Shown here: positions 12,291 to 28,564 of the stretch, one piece after another
Layout: the number at the start of each line of letters is the position of its first letter
Numbering within the stretch: position 1 is the first letter of the stretch
NCBI GenBank assembly: GCA_002269645.1
Contig: NIVC01000108.1
Location: 372,001 to 436,000 of the forward strand
Direction: 5' to 3'
DNA from: Macrostomum lignano
Lineage: Eukaryota
Length of the DNA stretch: 64,000 nt
The notes under the pieces: generated by a model
The model's input: the letters and a program-made list of their open reading frames with translations, nothing else
Database searches by the model: none
What the model was told of the DNA's origin: nothing
Position numbers and translations under genes: made by a program

Positions 12291-12969
12291 ATAGACTCAG
12301 CTGAGCAATAGGGAGAGGTGACACTGCAAATGGATTTGCAAACTGAGCTGCACTTCTGTCCACAGCTGCTGGTGCCAATAATTTGCATTCAACCTTGACT
12401 CCTGCTTGTGTATCCAACTTGCAGCTTTTTATTTACTATTTTGTTTTACTGCGCAAAGCTTTAACCAGTGCACCATGGATTAACCTAAATCCCTGTAGAC
12501 TTAATCTTCTATATAGAAGCTTACAGCTGCTCAACAATAAAAATTCTGTCTTCCCACGACTTCAAGCAGAAAGAGGTGCCAATGTGTATTTTCTGCTGGT
12601 TTTAAGAGAAAAAAATCAAGCATGGACAGTTGTCTTCATCAGACATTTTGCTTTGTTTATTTACTACAATATATTTGTTACAGGTTATCTCTGAAAAAAC
12701 GCGTGCTTGTGTGCGTCGGGCGCATTACGAATACGGTGAAATGGAAAACATTTCAAACTCTCTACTAGCAGTAGAGATGAAGTGAATTCTCCTAAAGTAA
12801 AAACAGCGAATTACATGTAGTTGCTTTATTAGAATTACATTTACTGCGCAGAAAGGTACATGTAGTACTTATTTTGTAAAGGGCAGGGATGTACTCTGCG
12901 GTACAAGTTTGGATTGAAAATATAATACTGAAATATATTAAATATTCCATTCTAGAATTGGCGTTAAGC

Positions 12970-13522
12970 ATTGGGTGTGGATTGGATCATTGGAGTGAAT
13001 TAGTGTGGGTTTGCAGTGGACTGGTGGATTTGGGCTTTGGGGTGGATAGGGTGGATTTGGGGTGGATTGGGGTGTGGATTGGATTGGTGGATTAAGGTGG
13101 ATTTGGGGTGGAAATGGGTTGGATTTGGTGCAATAGGGTGGATTTGTTGGATTGGGGTGGATTTGAGGTGGACTGGTGGATTGGGTGGAGTTGGTGGATC
13201 GGGTAGATATAGTGAATTTGATGAATTTGGTGAATTGGGTGGACTGGGTGGATTGGGTGGAGTTGGGTGGATTGGGGTGGATTGGAGTGGATTGGGGTGG
13301 ATTGGAGTGGATTGGGGTGGAGTTGGGTGGATTGGGGTGGAGTTGGGTGGATTGGGGTGGATTGGGGTGGATTGGAGTGGATTGGGGTGGATTGGAGTGG
13401 ATTGGGGTAGAGTTGGGTGGAGTTGGGTGGAGTTGGGGTGGAGTTGGATGGATTGGGGTGGATTGGGGTGGATTTGGGTGGAGTTGGGTGGATTGGATTG
13501 GGGTGGATTGGAGTGGATTGGA
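12970..13522. repeat. G-rich about 10-bp minisatellite (GGATTGGGGT / GGAGTTGGGT)
   Basis: Tandem array directly 3' of the minus-strand gene ending at 13597. Confidence 0.9.
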
Positions 13523-13596
13523 TCGGAGCGCCAAGGCTGAAAAATGATCCAGCAAAACTCCAAACTCTGAATTCAGTAAAACGGCCTCCCAGCCAA

Positions 13597-14393
13597 TCAG
13601 AGCACGCTGGCCTCCGGTGAGTACAGCACGAGCTCCGGGTTCCTCGGGCTGAAGCTCACGTACTTGGCGGCCGCCCGGCCCCGCCTCTCCTTGAGGTCAC
13701 CGCCGCTGAGCCGGGGCGGCGGGCGCCTCAGCGGATTCCTGGGCGCGAACGGCAGATACTTGGTGGGCACCACGCCCGGCCGGAAGTACTCGTCCGCCTG
13801 CGGCTCGAGCTCCGAGCTCACCGAGCAGTCGGGCGGCAGGCTCGGCCGCTCCGGCGGCTCCCCCAGCGCTAGGATGGAGCTCTCCAGCCTCCGCAAGTTG
13901 GCGTCCAGCTGGTGCTCCGCTTCGCTCCGCCGCAGCTCCGGCGGGGTGGTTGGGCGGTGGCGAAGGCGGCGGTGGTCGGCCAGCTCGGCCAGCTCGTCTG
14001 GCGAAGCATCGTAGTGGAAGCTGGAGGGCGGCCCGGCCAGCCGGTCCTGCTCGGGCAGCGGCACGACGCCCCTGGCGGCCCGGTGGCGCCGTAGCTTGTT
14101 GGCGAAGTTCACCCCAGCGCAGCAGCTGCAGCCAGGCTGCTGGGCCGGCTGCATCAGGCGGCGGTTGAGCACCGAATCAGCCAGGCTGCTGGCCGTCAGG
14201 TAGTGCGCCATCACCGAGTTCAGCTGGCCGCCTCTGCCGCCGCCCGGGTTGGCTTCGGCCACGGCCCGGCGGTGCATGGCGTCCCGGATGCGGTGGTCCG
14301 GCGGGCTGCGGATCCGACGGCGCACCGCGGCCAGAATGTCATCCGAGTCGAAGCGGCCAAAGCTGGCCGGCCTGTCGCCTGTCGCATCTGCCG

Positions 14394-14438
<45 letters not shown>

Positions 14439-15358
14439 ACGGGCGGGTGTGCCACTGATAGCGGATCGGGTCCTTGTCCGCGTTCGGCGTCTCCGCCCGG
14501 TCATGCAGGCTGCGCATCAGCCGCGGCAGCGTCAGGACGTCCGCGCCGCCGCCTCGCTGAGAATAGGTCATGTTTTTGATGCTGCTTCTGCTGTTTCTTC
14601 TGCTTCTGTTGTTTCTTCTGCTTCTGTTGTTTCTTCTGCTTCTGTTGTTTCTTCTGCCTCTGTTGTTTCTTCTGCTTTTGTTGTTTCTTCTGCTTCTGTT
14701 GTTTCTTCTGCTTCTGTTGTTTCTTCTGCTTCTGTTGTTTCTTCTGCTTCTGTTGTTTCTTCTGCTTGTTGTTTCTTCTGCTTCTGTTGCTTCTTCTGCT
14801 TCTGCTGTTTCTTCTGCTTCTGCTGTTTCTTGTGATTCTGTTGTTTCTTCTGCTTCTGTTGTTTCTTGTGCTTCTGCTGTTTCTTGTGCTTCTGTTGCTT
14901 CTGCTTCTGCTGTTTCTTGTGCTTCTGCTGTTTCTTGTGCTTCTGTTACTTCTGCTTCTGCTGTTTCTTGTGATTCTGTTGTTTCTTCTGCTTCTGCTGT
15001 TTCTTCTGCTTCTGTTGTTTCTTGTGCTTCTGTTGCTTCTGCTTCTGCTGTTTCTTCTGCTTCTGCTGTTTCTTCTGCTTCTGTCGCTTCTTCTGCTTCT
15101 GTCGCTTCTTCTGCTTCTGTTGCTTCTTCTGCTTCTGTTGCTTCGTCTGCTTCTGTCGCTTCTTCTGCTTCTGTTGCTTCTTCTGCTTCTGTTGCTTCGT
15201 CTGCTTCTGTCGCTTCTTCTGCTTCTGTTGCTTCTTCTGCTTCTGTTGCCTCTTCTACTGCTCGTTCTGCTTCTACTTCGCCTACAGCCTTCACTTTCTC
15301 TGAGTCTAGCTTACTGTCCGAAAGAGAGAGCCGGGGGCAGATGGTCACCATGGACAAC
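13597..15358 (-). CDS. Uncharacterised low-complexity (polyQ, Pro/Arg-rich) protein with a C-terminal RVxF-type motif; 5' exons unresolved
   Basis: Terminal exon 14556-13597 (acceptor TTCTCAG) and small exon 15358-15295 (acceptor CCTCAG, donor GTGAAG) join in phase 0. The intervening AG-rich repeat is interpreted as intron. C-terminus is KYVSFSPRNPELVLYSPEASVL. Confidence 0.5.
14578..15270. repeat. 18-bp/15-bp CTTCTG-core minisatellite (probable intron)
   Basis: (TTCTGCTTCTGTTGTTTC)n variants. Translates as EEATEA and then, after a register shift, RRNNRS, which is typical of a non-coding repeat. Confidence 0.85.
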
Positions 15359-15586
15359 CTGAGGCTTATTTAGTCGCAGGTCTGTGCGAAGGCGAGTGGA
15401 GGGAGCGGAGAGGCGGGGCGGGCGGCAGAGTTATGAAATTCTTCTGCGTGCATAATTGTGCCCCTGCAGCTCTCATCTTTTCCTTCTTTCTCTTTTTTCT
15501 ACCCCCCCCCCTTCAACGCTGCAGCTTTCTCGCCGCTCTCTCTGCCGCTGATGGCCGCACAACTGGGGTCTGTCAGGCGGGGTCGC

Positions 15587-16500
15587 TTCACAAACAGGAG
15601 AGTTCACAAACAGGAGAGTTCACAAACAGGAGAGTTAACAAACTGGAGAGCTCACAAACAGGAGAGCTCACAAACTGGAGAGTTCACAAACTGAAGAGTT
15701 CACAAACTGGAGAGTTCACAAACTGGAGAGTTCACAAACATGAGAGTTCACAATCTGGAGAGTTCACAAACTGGAGAGTTCACAAACTGGAGAGTTAACA
15801 AACTGGAGAGTTAACAAACTGGAGAGTTCACAATCTGGAGAGTTCACAAACTGGAGAGTTCACAAACTGAAGAGTTCACAATCTGGAGAGTTCACAAACT
15901 GGAGAGTTCACAAACTGGAGAGTTCACAATCTGGAGAGTTCACAAACTGGAGAGTTCACAAACAGGAGAGTTAACAAACTGGAGAGTTCACAAACTGAAG
16001 AGTTCACAATCTGGAGAGTTCACAAACTGGAGAGTTCACAAACATGAGAGTTCACAAACTGGAAAGTTCACAAACTGAAGAGTTCACAATCTGGAGAGTT
16101 CACAAACTGGAGAGTTCACAAACTGGAGAGTTCACAAACTGGAGAGTTCACAAACTGGAGAGTTCACAAACTGGAGAGTTCACAATCTGGAGAGTTCACA
16201 AACTGGAGAGTTCACAAACTGGAAAGTTCACAAACTGAAGAGTTCACAATCTGGAGAGTTCACAAACTGGAGACTTCTCAAACTGGAGAGTTCACAAACT
16301 GGAGAGTTCACAAACTGGAGAGTTCACAATCTGGAGAGTTCACAAACTGGAGAGTTCACAATCTGGAGAGTTCACAAACTGGAGATTTCACAAACAGGAG
16401 AGTTCACAATCTGGAGAGTTCACAAACTGGAGAGTTCACAAACTGGAGAGTTCACAAACTGGAGAGTTCACAAACTGGAGAGTTCACAAACTGGACACTT
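15587..16500. repeat. 16-bp minisatellite (GGAGAGTTCACAAACT)
   Basis: About 55 tandem copies. Confidence 0.95.
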
Positions 16501-17123
16501 CAAAAGCTAGAAACCTGAAGACACGAGAAACTAGTTTAGCCAGCGAGCTGTAAAAACCGCATATTTTCCGTTTTCTACCAGGCTGCCATGTCAGGAAGCG
16601 GCCTGGCTCGGGGAGGTCTGCGTCAGTGAATGCAGGGACAGGCCACGCCATTGTGCTCCGCCTGGACTCGCCTCCCTAGCAGCCCCCGCCTCCGCAGCGA
16701 TCGATTCGACAAATAACAGGCGGCTGCAGTGAGGGGGGCTCCATCTACACACGGCATTGCTGCATCCCTCCCAGTGTTCCCCACGCAGCCAGCATCCCCC
16801 AGCCGCATGTGCCTCATCCTGTTTTCTCTCTGTTGCGTCTGCGCCTGCAGCAAGGATGAGAGCAGAGGAGGAGGCCGGAGCGCAGCAGCCGAGGCGAAAC
16901 AAAGGGGCCTGGAACTGACTTCCGCCATGCTATTGTCCTGGCTCTCCGCGCCTGACAACTGTCTCTTCTGCACCCCCAGCCTCCAATAGCCGACAGCCCC
17001 CCCCCCACCCTAGCAACTCAGCCCGGCCCTGAAGAGGCTTCGCTTTTCTTCCCGCCCAAAAACTCAACATCTGCCCCTAGGAGCGGCGGAGCAGCCAAGA
17101 GCTTCAGTCTTGAGTCTTGAAAC

Positions 17124-20315
<3,192 letters not shown>

Positions 20316-20727
20316 TATGGAGTGTCCGAGCAGACGAACAAAACGAGCACAATACTCAAGTTGCCTTTTGCAGTTCAATTTATACGGTACAACTGATTAC
20401 AACAGATTGCACCTCGTTTAGTTAAGAATCAATCCAAGCTAAATATGCCGGATGCAATAACAGCATGCTGTTAGAAACTCTTTTGCCTTAGTAAACAGCT
20501 TAGTTTTAATTCTCTTATCCTGATCGTCCTTTGCCAAATAAAACCTAACTGTATTTGCTGTTCTCATTTCAATGTAATAAAATATACTAAAAATTAAACT
20601 ATCAACATCTATAACTGATATATACAAGCGAGCGAAGACGCCAAGCGAAAAATCTGATCCGGTAAGACCCTCCTATATACTAAAAATTCTGGCATTCTCT
20701 ATTGAACACACATCAAGGCGTTGAGAT

Positions 20728-20875
20728 AAAAATAGAAATCATAAGACAGTTGCCTAGTTAATGTACGCTGGGCTAAAAATAGAAACCCGATAAGGCTGCC
20801 TAGTTAATGTACGCTGAGCTAAAAATAGAAACCCGATAAGGCTGCCTAGATGATGTACGCTGGGCTAAAAATAGA
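20728..20875. repeat. 45-bp tandem repeat, about 3 copies
   Basis: AAAATAGAAACCCGATAAGGCTGCCTAGTTAATGTACGCTGGGCT units. Confidence 0.8.
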
Positions 20876-21589
20876 ATCCTGATTGATAAGACTCACAAAG
20901 CCCAGAGCAGAAATAAATCCAAGCTTGTACTTTAAACATTGTGTTTAATAAATGACTCTCATTACAGTAAGTAAAGCTTGATAGCTTTTATTTTAAAGCA
21001 ACGATCGCAAATAAGAATGCTAATAGGAAATCTAATACCAAAGCTGAAATATTTTTACTCAAATAAAATCCGCACACAACACAATACGCATTGCACATCA
21101 TTTTGCGTAGCTTATTGTATACATGCACATATTTCAAAGAGAGAACGGAAAGTTTCAGAAAAATTGATTCGCTAATTCGCACTACTTGCTTCTGTTAAGC
21201 TATTGAGTAGCAAAGGACGCCCAGGGAAAATACTTGATAATTAATAAACCGATTGATTTCATCGGAACGGCTAGAAAGAACACAAAAACTACCGAATTAA
21301 ATTTGAAAACCACTTCTCTGCTTTAGACTGGGACTGCAGATTTCTAATACTACTACGAGTAGGCAGCAGAGGGACAGCAAACTGTCAGTCAGGGCCGCAA
21401 TGCCAAAACACAACAGGCGGAATTGAATAAAGAGAATTTGCATTTTTTTGAAGTGGAGAAGATGAAGTAAATCGAACAGAGTATGAAATAAGCAGGACAT
21501 CCAATGGCTAACCAAAGTCAATATTAACTGCATGAGCTACTCATAACTATAAAAATAGATATGGAAATGAGACATACAGCACCCGAAAA

Positions 21590-21865
21590 TCCGAATCTTC
21601 CCACATATCAAGACCTCAGATCCATGAAATCCCACATATCAAGACCTCAGATCCGTGAAATCCCACATATCAAGACCTCAGATCCATGAAATCCCACATA
21701 TCAAGACCTCAGATCCATGAAATCCCACATCTCAAGACCTCAGATCCATGAAATCCCACATCTCAAGATCTCAGATCCATGAAATCCCACATCTCAAGAC
21801 CTCAGATCCATGAAATCCCACATCTCAAGACCTCAGATCCGTGAAATCCCACATCACAAAGACCC
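21590..21865. repeat. 31-bp minisatellite just 3' of the ABCD stop codon
   Basis: GAAATCCCACATATCAAGACCTCAGATCCAT, about 9 copies. Confidence 0.92.
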
Positions 21866-21887
21866 GATCCGCAAGTCTCCCAGTTCC

Positions 21888-24800
21888 TTATGCTTCGCTC
21901 GTCGCCGCCTCAACTGCCGAGGCGGTGGACGCGGCAGCGGCGGCGGCGGTGGCAACAGCGGCGGGCATCTCCTCCAGAGACCAGGCGCCGGCTCCGTCGA
22001 ACTTGAGCACGCGGTCGTGAAACGGCCACAGAGAGGGCCGGTGCGTGATGGTCAGCAGGGTGATGCCGGCGTCCTTGGCGGCCTGGTAGATCTTCGCCTC
22101 GACGTCGATGCTGACGGCGGAGGTGCACTCGTCCAGCAGGGCGAAGAGCGGCCGGTGGTACAGCAGGCGCGCCATGCCGAGCCGCTGCTTCTCGCCGCCG
22201 CTGAGCACGTCGGCCCACTCTCGCACGGCCGTCCAGCCGCCCTCCCGCTCGAGCAGGTAGCCGAGGTGCGCGGCCTCCAGCACCGCGCGCAGCTGGCCGT
22301 CTGTGACGCCTTTGGCTCGGCGCTGTTCGGCTGTGTCCGGGTACGTCACCTGTTCGCGCAGGTCGCCAATGCTGAGATAGGGCCGCTGCGGAATATAATA
22401 GAGAGTTTGCACCGGCGGCTTCACCAGGCGCCCGCCGTAGACTGGCCAGAGGCCGGACAGAATGCGGAAGAGAGAGGACTTGCCGCAGCCGTTGGGGCCT
22501 GCGGGTTCGGGGGGGGGCTTAGGAGTAAGCTGATTGTGTTTGCAAATTTAATAAATAGTTAAGACAGTATTGTACTTACATGAAATAGAAGTAAACAAAC
22601 AAAAAGTATAAAAGCACAATAAAAAAGTACATTAACAAAAATATGCATTTTAACATAAAGCAAAGAAACCATTAACGAGTACCAAAAACCTTTACATCAA
22701 TAGTATAAAAAAACAAGTCGAAATACAGTCCAAAGCTTAAAGTCCACACCAAATCTTAAAGTCCACATCAGTACATCCAGAACCTTCTTCATACCCGAAG
22801 CTTAAAGAAAATCCAGAAGCTTAAAGTACACATCACGAAGCTTAAAGTACATATCTCGAAGCTTAAAGTACATTTCCCGAAGCTTAAAGTACATTTCCCG
22901 AAGCTTAAAGTACATATTCCAAAGCTTAAGTCAAACCTCAAGCTAAGGTTAAAACTAAAGCTTACACTACACCTCAAAGCTTACAGCTTAAGATTGATTC
23001 TCTCAAGCCAGGTGTTGTCTAAAATTACGTTTCCCTGTTGATCAGTGTTCCCTACATAGCAAAAACTAAGCGAGCATTGGCTAAAAAGTTCTGCGATTCG
23101 AGACCACAATACAGTTGATGAAGGTTTCCGATGGGTGCACAAAAAAAACGATTTTAAACGAAGAGCTTCAATGTGCAGCTTGCAAGCGATGAGGTGGAGC
23201 GATGAGGTGGAGTGAATGATGATGATTATTGACTTTGAATTACACTGGACTGACCCGCTCCTTGAACTAACGTACTGCTCATTTCTCAGATCTGATTGGC
23301 TCACCAGTGATCAGCAGATGGGTGCCCCGGTCCAGCCGAAGGCTGAGCGACTCCGCCACAACGTCGCCGCTCGGCGTAACGATGGGCACGTCGCACAGCT
23401 CGATGCAGTCGGCGCTCTCGGTGACCTGGCCTCGGGTGTGCCGCATGCCGGGCCGGACGAACTTGCCGTTCTGCACATCGCTGAACACATTCAGCATTGA
23501 GGAGACGCGGCTGGTGTAGCCCGAGAGCTCCGTGATCTCCTTGTATGACGTCATGATGCGCTCGATGGCGTCGGCGGCGCTGACAAGCAGATTGCGGGCC
23601 GTGGTGAAGGCCTGTGGGGCCGGCGATTCGGGGAATCGAATTGGGACCAGAGTGAGGATTTGAATGCACCGTAGGATGCAGGGATTCAGATTAGAGATGC
23701 AGGGATTCAGGTTAGAGATGCAGGGATTCAGGTTAGAGATAAAGGGATTCAGGTTAGAGATGCAGGGATTCAGATTAGAGATGCAGGGATTCAGATTAGA
23801 GATGCAGGGATTCAGATTAGAGATGCAGGGATTCAGGTTAGAGATGCAGGGATTCAGGTTAGAGATGCAGGGATTCAGGTTAGAGAAGCAGGAAATTAGA
23901 TTAGAGATGCAGGGAATAAGATTAGACATGCAGGGAATTAGATTAGAGATGCAGGGAATCAGATTAGATGCAGGAAATCAGATTAGGTGAAGGGAATGGA
24001 CCTATCGGAGTTAACAGAGGGTAATGAATCGGTATACCGGTCTAAAGCTCATTCCCAATTCCCACCTGAGTCCGCTCGGACACTCCGCCGTCCTGGTCCT
24101 CATCCACCAGGCTGCCATCGGGCCGCTGCCCCGTGGCGGTGAGGATGGGCACGGCCACCATGGTCATGCCGGCTGCGCTCCACACGTACTTCATGAGGAA
24201 CTGCTCCAGCATGACGTACCAGAGGCGCTGGCGGAAGATCCGACTGGACTGGCGGGCCAAGGACTCGTAGGAGTCCTCGAGCACCCGACGCTCCAGCTTG
24301 TGGCCTCCGTAGAAGGCGATCTCCTCTGCGCAGGCGATCACCCGGCTGTGAATGAAGCGGAGGCGGCCCTTCCGCCTGGCCTCCTCGGCAACCAGACGGC
24401 CGAACTTGGGCGACACGGTGCGCAGAACCTCGCCGGTGAACAGAATGACGGCCGTGGCGAACACGCTGGGAAACTTGCTGGAGGCGCCACGGCTGCGGGC
24501 CAGGCTGTACAGAGTGTAGGACATGATGGCCACGTCCAGGATGGGCTTGGTCAGGTGGGAGTACAGGTGCGCCAGGCTGCCCGTGAACTGCGAGATGTCC
24601 TCAGTCAGGCACTGGTCAGCGTTCTGCAGCCGGCTGTCCAGGTTGCCCACCTGTGCGGGGATGGGGTTGGCGATGCTGGCTTTCAGTTTACTGGGGAACT
24701 TGGGGCTGGCATGGGGCCCTGCCACCTCATTGATGGCCATAGGGGTTTGGCTGCCCCGTGGCTGTTTAAGAGGGGTGTCTCCCACTGTCTAATGGCAGTG

Positions 24801-25724
24801 TCTCCTACTTTCTAATGGGTGTCTTCCACTGTCTAATGGCAGTGTCCCCACTTTCTAATGGGTGTCTTCCACTGTCTATTAGGGTGTCTCCAACTGTCTA
24901 ATAGTGTCTCAAACTGTCTAATGGTGTGTCTCCCAACCGTCTAATGGTGTGTCTCCAACTGTCTAATGGTGTGTCTCCAACTGTCTAATGGGGTGTCTAC
25001 AACTGTCTAATGGTGTGTCTCCAACTGTCTAATGAGGTGTCTCCAACTGTCTAATGGTGTGTCTCCAACTGTCTAATGGGGTGTCTCCAACTGTCTAACG
25101 GGTACTTGAACCCCCATAAGACGGCTTGCAGCCGCTGAATTCGGAGTCTCGCGGCCTCACCTTATAGTAGGTCTGATCCTTGAAGTACTCCTGGTAGCAG
25201 TGCATCACCAGCCGAGTTCTGAGCGCCAACGCCAGCTGGCTCTCCAGAAAGCGGATCAAAGAATTGACAAAGGTGGCGGGCAGGGCCAGCAGCAGCCACT
25301 TGGCGATCTGCAGCACGAACCGCAGTACATTCCGCTGCACAATGGCTTTCACAATCCGGCCGTCCAGCTTGGCCACGTAGACAGACAGGAAAGTCCTGGT
25401 GACAAGGGAGGTCGTGTGCAGCAGCAGGATGCCGAACTCCCGGCTCAGCAGGGAGGGCACGCAGATTCGCACCAGGCGAATCAGGGAACGAATGAAGGCC
25501 AAGTCGACTGTGGCTTTCGACGATTCGTCAGCCTGACTGCCGTCTGCGCCGTCTTTGCCGCCGCCGCCTCTGTCGCGTTTCTGCCGCCTGCCAGTCAGCA
25601 TGCGGAGCAGCTTGCGCAGGTGCAGCGACATGAGCAAGGCCCCGGCGGTCACCGCAACGCCGCGCTGATGCGCCCGAACGAAAGTGACGCCGCTGAGAAC
25701 GAGCTTCGATGCGCTGGGTGCCAT
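21888..25724 (-). CDS. ABCD1: Peroxisomal ABC half-transporter, ABCD1/ABCD2 (ALDP-like), 688 aa, 4 exons
   Basis: Exons 25724-25161, 24650-24066, 23611-23305, 22498-21888 sum to 689 codons. Motifs EAA-like [28 protein letters not shown], Walker [10 protein letters not shown], signature LSGGEKQR and Walker [13 protein letters not shown]1 versus ABCD2 is not resolved. Confidence 0.93.
22730..22925. repeat. 21-bp repeat in ABCD intron 3
   Basis: CTTAAAGTACATTTCCCGAAG units. Confidence 0.8.
23672..23985. repeat. 21-bp minisatellite in ABCD intron 2
   Basis: AGAGATGCAGGGATTCAGGTT, about 14 copies. Confidence 0.92.
24770..25097. repeat. 22-bp minisatellite in ABCD intron 1
   Basis: TGTCTCCAACTGTCTAATGGTG variants. 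Confidence 0.9.
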
Positions 25725-28564
25725 GGCCGAGCTGGGGGGGGTCTTCAACAGAAGTTTTTTCTTATCCCTGCCTGTCTCTCACACCGCCAGTTGGTTTGCA
25801 GCGACAGGAAAATTCAGATCAATAAAGTGCGCTCTTTAACGGGCTCGAATATTGTTTCACCGACCCCCCCCCCCCCGTTATCGCCAGCTACTGATAGTGA
25901 GCGCACGGCTCGGGGCGGACAGGCGGTGACCTTCTTGTGAAGTTTCTGTTCTATCAGCTGATAGCAGCAGTGCATGCGCGCGCACAATAGTCAATTAGCG
26001 TTCAGTGAGAACTTGCAACTGTTTAACCTAGTTCTCAACTGACTCATCCTAAATAACTTCTCTTATTCTCTTGGTAGCTTTCACTGTCTATTTCTCTTCA
26101 TCACAGCATTTAATTCAAATTAAATGATGAAAGTTTCTTGTTGCAGTTCTGTGTTGCGAAATTTGATATTTGGGCTAACAGGGCAACTCTTTTCCACTTA
26201 TTCTAATTTCATATTTTTGAGTTAACAGCTTTGGGTTGCAGAAATGAAATATGAATTACAAGCATGTGGAAGTTAAGTTAAATGGCACTAAGTTTGAAAT
26301 AGAGGGGGCATTAATGTGGAATTCAGGTTCTACATTCAGGATGCCAAAATTAAGTCACACACATTACCTATTTTATAGGGATTCCTGTTGGTTTTTGGGT
26401 GCATATTGCACGCAACTTAATGTTTCTCACTCTCTTGCTTTTGTATAAAATTTTCCTGTGGCTTCAACATACACATATACATATATAACAAACAGATGTA
26501 GCCAATGAAACCTCTGACATTTTTAATCTAACAAAGAGCTTATAAGACTGACAAGACAATGAGTATATGTAAACAATATATTTACAAACAAATAGCTGGG
26601 TTCAATAAAGTAAAGTCTATTCTATTCTAGTAGAAAGATTTTATTTTCTAAACTGTATCCTAGAATTGAATTTAGACCTTAAGTCTTAGATGAAATTTTG
26701 TATCTTAATTTTAATAAAACCTAGGGCAAGGCCAAGTTTTTTTTAGGTTTTTTGTGATAAAGATACTACAAAATTGCATCTTGAAGTTGGACCTTAAATA
26801 TAATTTCATATCTTAATACTAGCAAAAAATGTATAAAACATAAGGTAGAATCCTATTAAATATTGTATTGGATTAAGTAGCCCTTTTTATAGAACTGCTT
26901 GGCATAGTTCTGTTAAATTTTAGCTTTGGCATGGCATAGAAAATATGGCATGTTATGCTAGTATGAAAAATCTAAATATTGCAATTAACAAAAAAATTAA
27001 GTATAAGCATAGTATAAGAATACTAAAATTTAAAAATAATGCAAAATGAATACATAAACATTGTAGGCCTATATGTCTATTGTCTAACACTATAAAAAAC
27101 TGATATATCATAATATAGGCCCTACCTAAAATTTATAGGCCTAGGCATCTAGTATGCATTGGGGCTTTTTTAAAGAAAGCAGGCCCTATAGTAAAAGCAA
27201 AATATTGATGTTAAGGGGAGGCTATAACACAAAAGGAACATTGATATAATATTTTAGGCTTAGAGAAGCCTACATAGCCCCAATCCCAAATCTTATATAT
27301 ATGCCAAAAATTATAGTATACAATGGACTTAAAAAAACAATTGGCCTAAAATATTTAGCATACAGAATAATCTATTAAAAATGCACTACAGAGCCAGCCT
27401 ATGGCATAGCTATTGGTATACAAAAGACCAAAATGTCAGAATGCAAGAAAGGGTCTTATATTGTCACAATGCAAGGTCCTTTATTGTTGCAAATGCTTTT
27501 TTGATAATGTCCAGCCTATAGATCAAAAGTAAATTTTTGTTAGTGTAAATTGAATTTATGCGTTATGGTATAGGGGGTCATTTTTTCTGGTATATTATAA
27601 CAGATTTAAGAGTGTGGCTACATAGAGAATAAAAACTAGGCCTAAACTAAAGGAATTAAGTCTAATATAGTAACCATATTATATTATAATAACTATAAAT
27701 ATAGCAAGATTATTCTTATAATCAATGCATAAAACAAAGACACTTATACTTAGACTTAAGAATTTAAGATAACCATATGCTAGTGCCCCCCCCCCCAACA
27801 AAATTATTGGGTAGGCTTAGGCCCACCTTGTCCCTAGCTTTGCTGTGCTTGTCTAAAAGACTAAAAGCTCTTAGTTTTAGCATGTTTTTTATAGTTTTTG
27901 AAAAGCATTCCAATAGGGATCAGGGATAGTAGAATAAAAAACAACTGATCAAAATTTCATGCCAATATAAGCCAAGCCTCTTCTGGCTTTCTAGAGGAAG
28001 TCATAGCCAATATAGGTATAGGTAAAGTTGCTTGCTTGGCAAGTAAGATAAATAGGAAGGCGAAAATCAACATTAAATAAATTTAATTGTGAAATAGGCT
28101 TTATTGTTTAGCATCACTTTTCTAGAATGTATCGCATTTGAAATTAGGCTATTTTGTTTGAACAAGTATAATATCAGTAATATTGTGAAATTAAATAAAT
28201 TATGAAATTTTATTTGTTTTAAAACTTGCCAAAAGGAGTATAAATACACAAGCTATTAGCAGGAGAAGAAACAACTTGCCTTGCCTTGCTTTGGGCTTAT
28301 AATCTATCTATTCTAGTATTTTGAATTGAAGCTTGATAAATACTTGCTGACTTAATTTAGAAGCACTAGAAACCCCAAGATTGGGAGAGTTCAAACTTCT
28401 CAGAAGAATGAGATAATCAGATCTAGAATCTGAAAGATCACTTTTAGAAGGCAGAAAAAAACCTAACACAGGGTAGAGAAGTCTAGACTTAGAATATGAG
28501 AATCCTGCCTCAGGGCAGAATACCCAGTTAGTAAGCTGTGACCCTCTGATTAGTCCGTGGATGA

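Noticed and set aside
11147-13620. Long ORFs of 170-413 aa (HTNPHQ, WIGVDW, NPPQST repeats)
   Set aside because: They are translations of 10- and 20-bp minisatellites, open in several frames on both strands, with no coding signal.
13597-15357. Single 586-aa ORF including an EEATEA/RRNNRS repeat domain
   Set aside because: The repeat changes register mid-array and is bounded by in-phase donor and acceptor sites, so it is more likely an intron. RNA-seq could overturn this.
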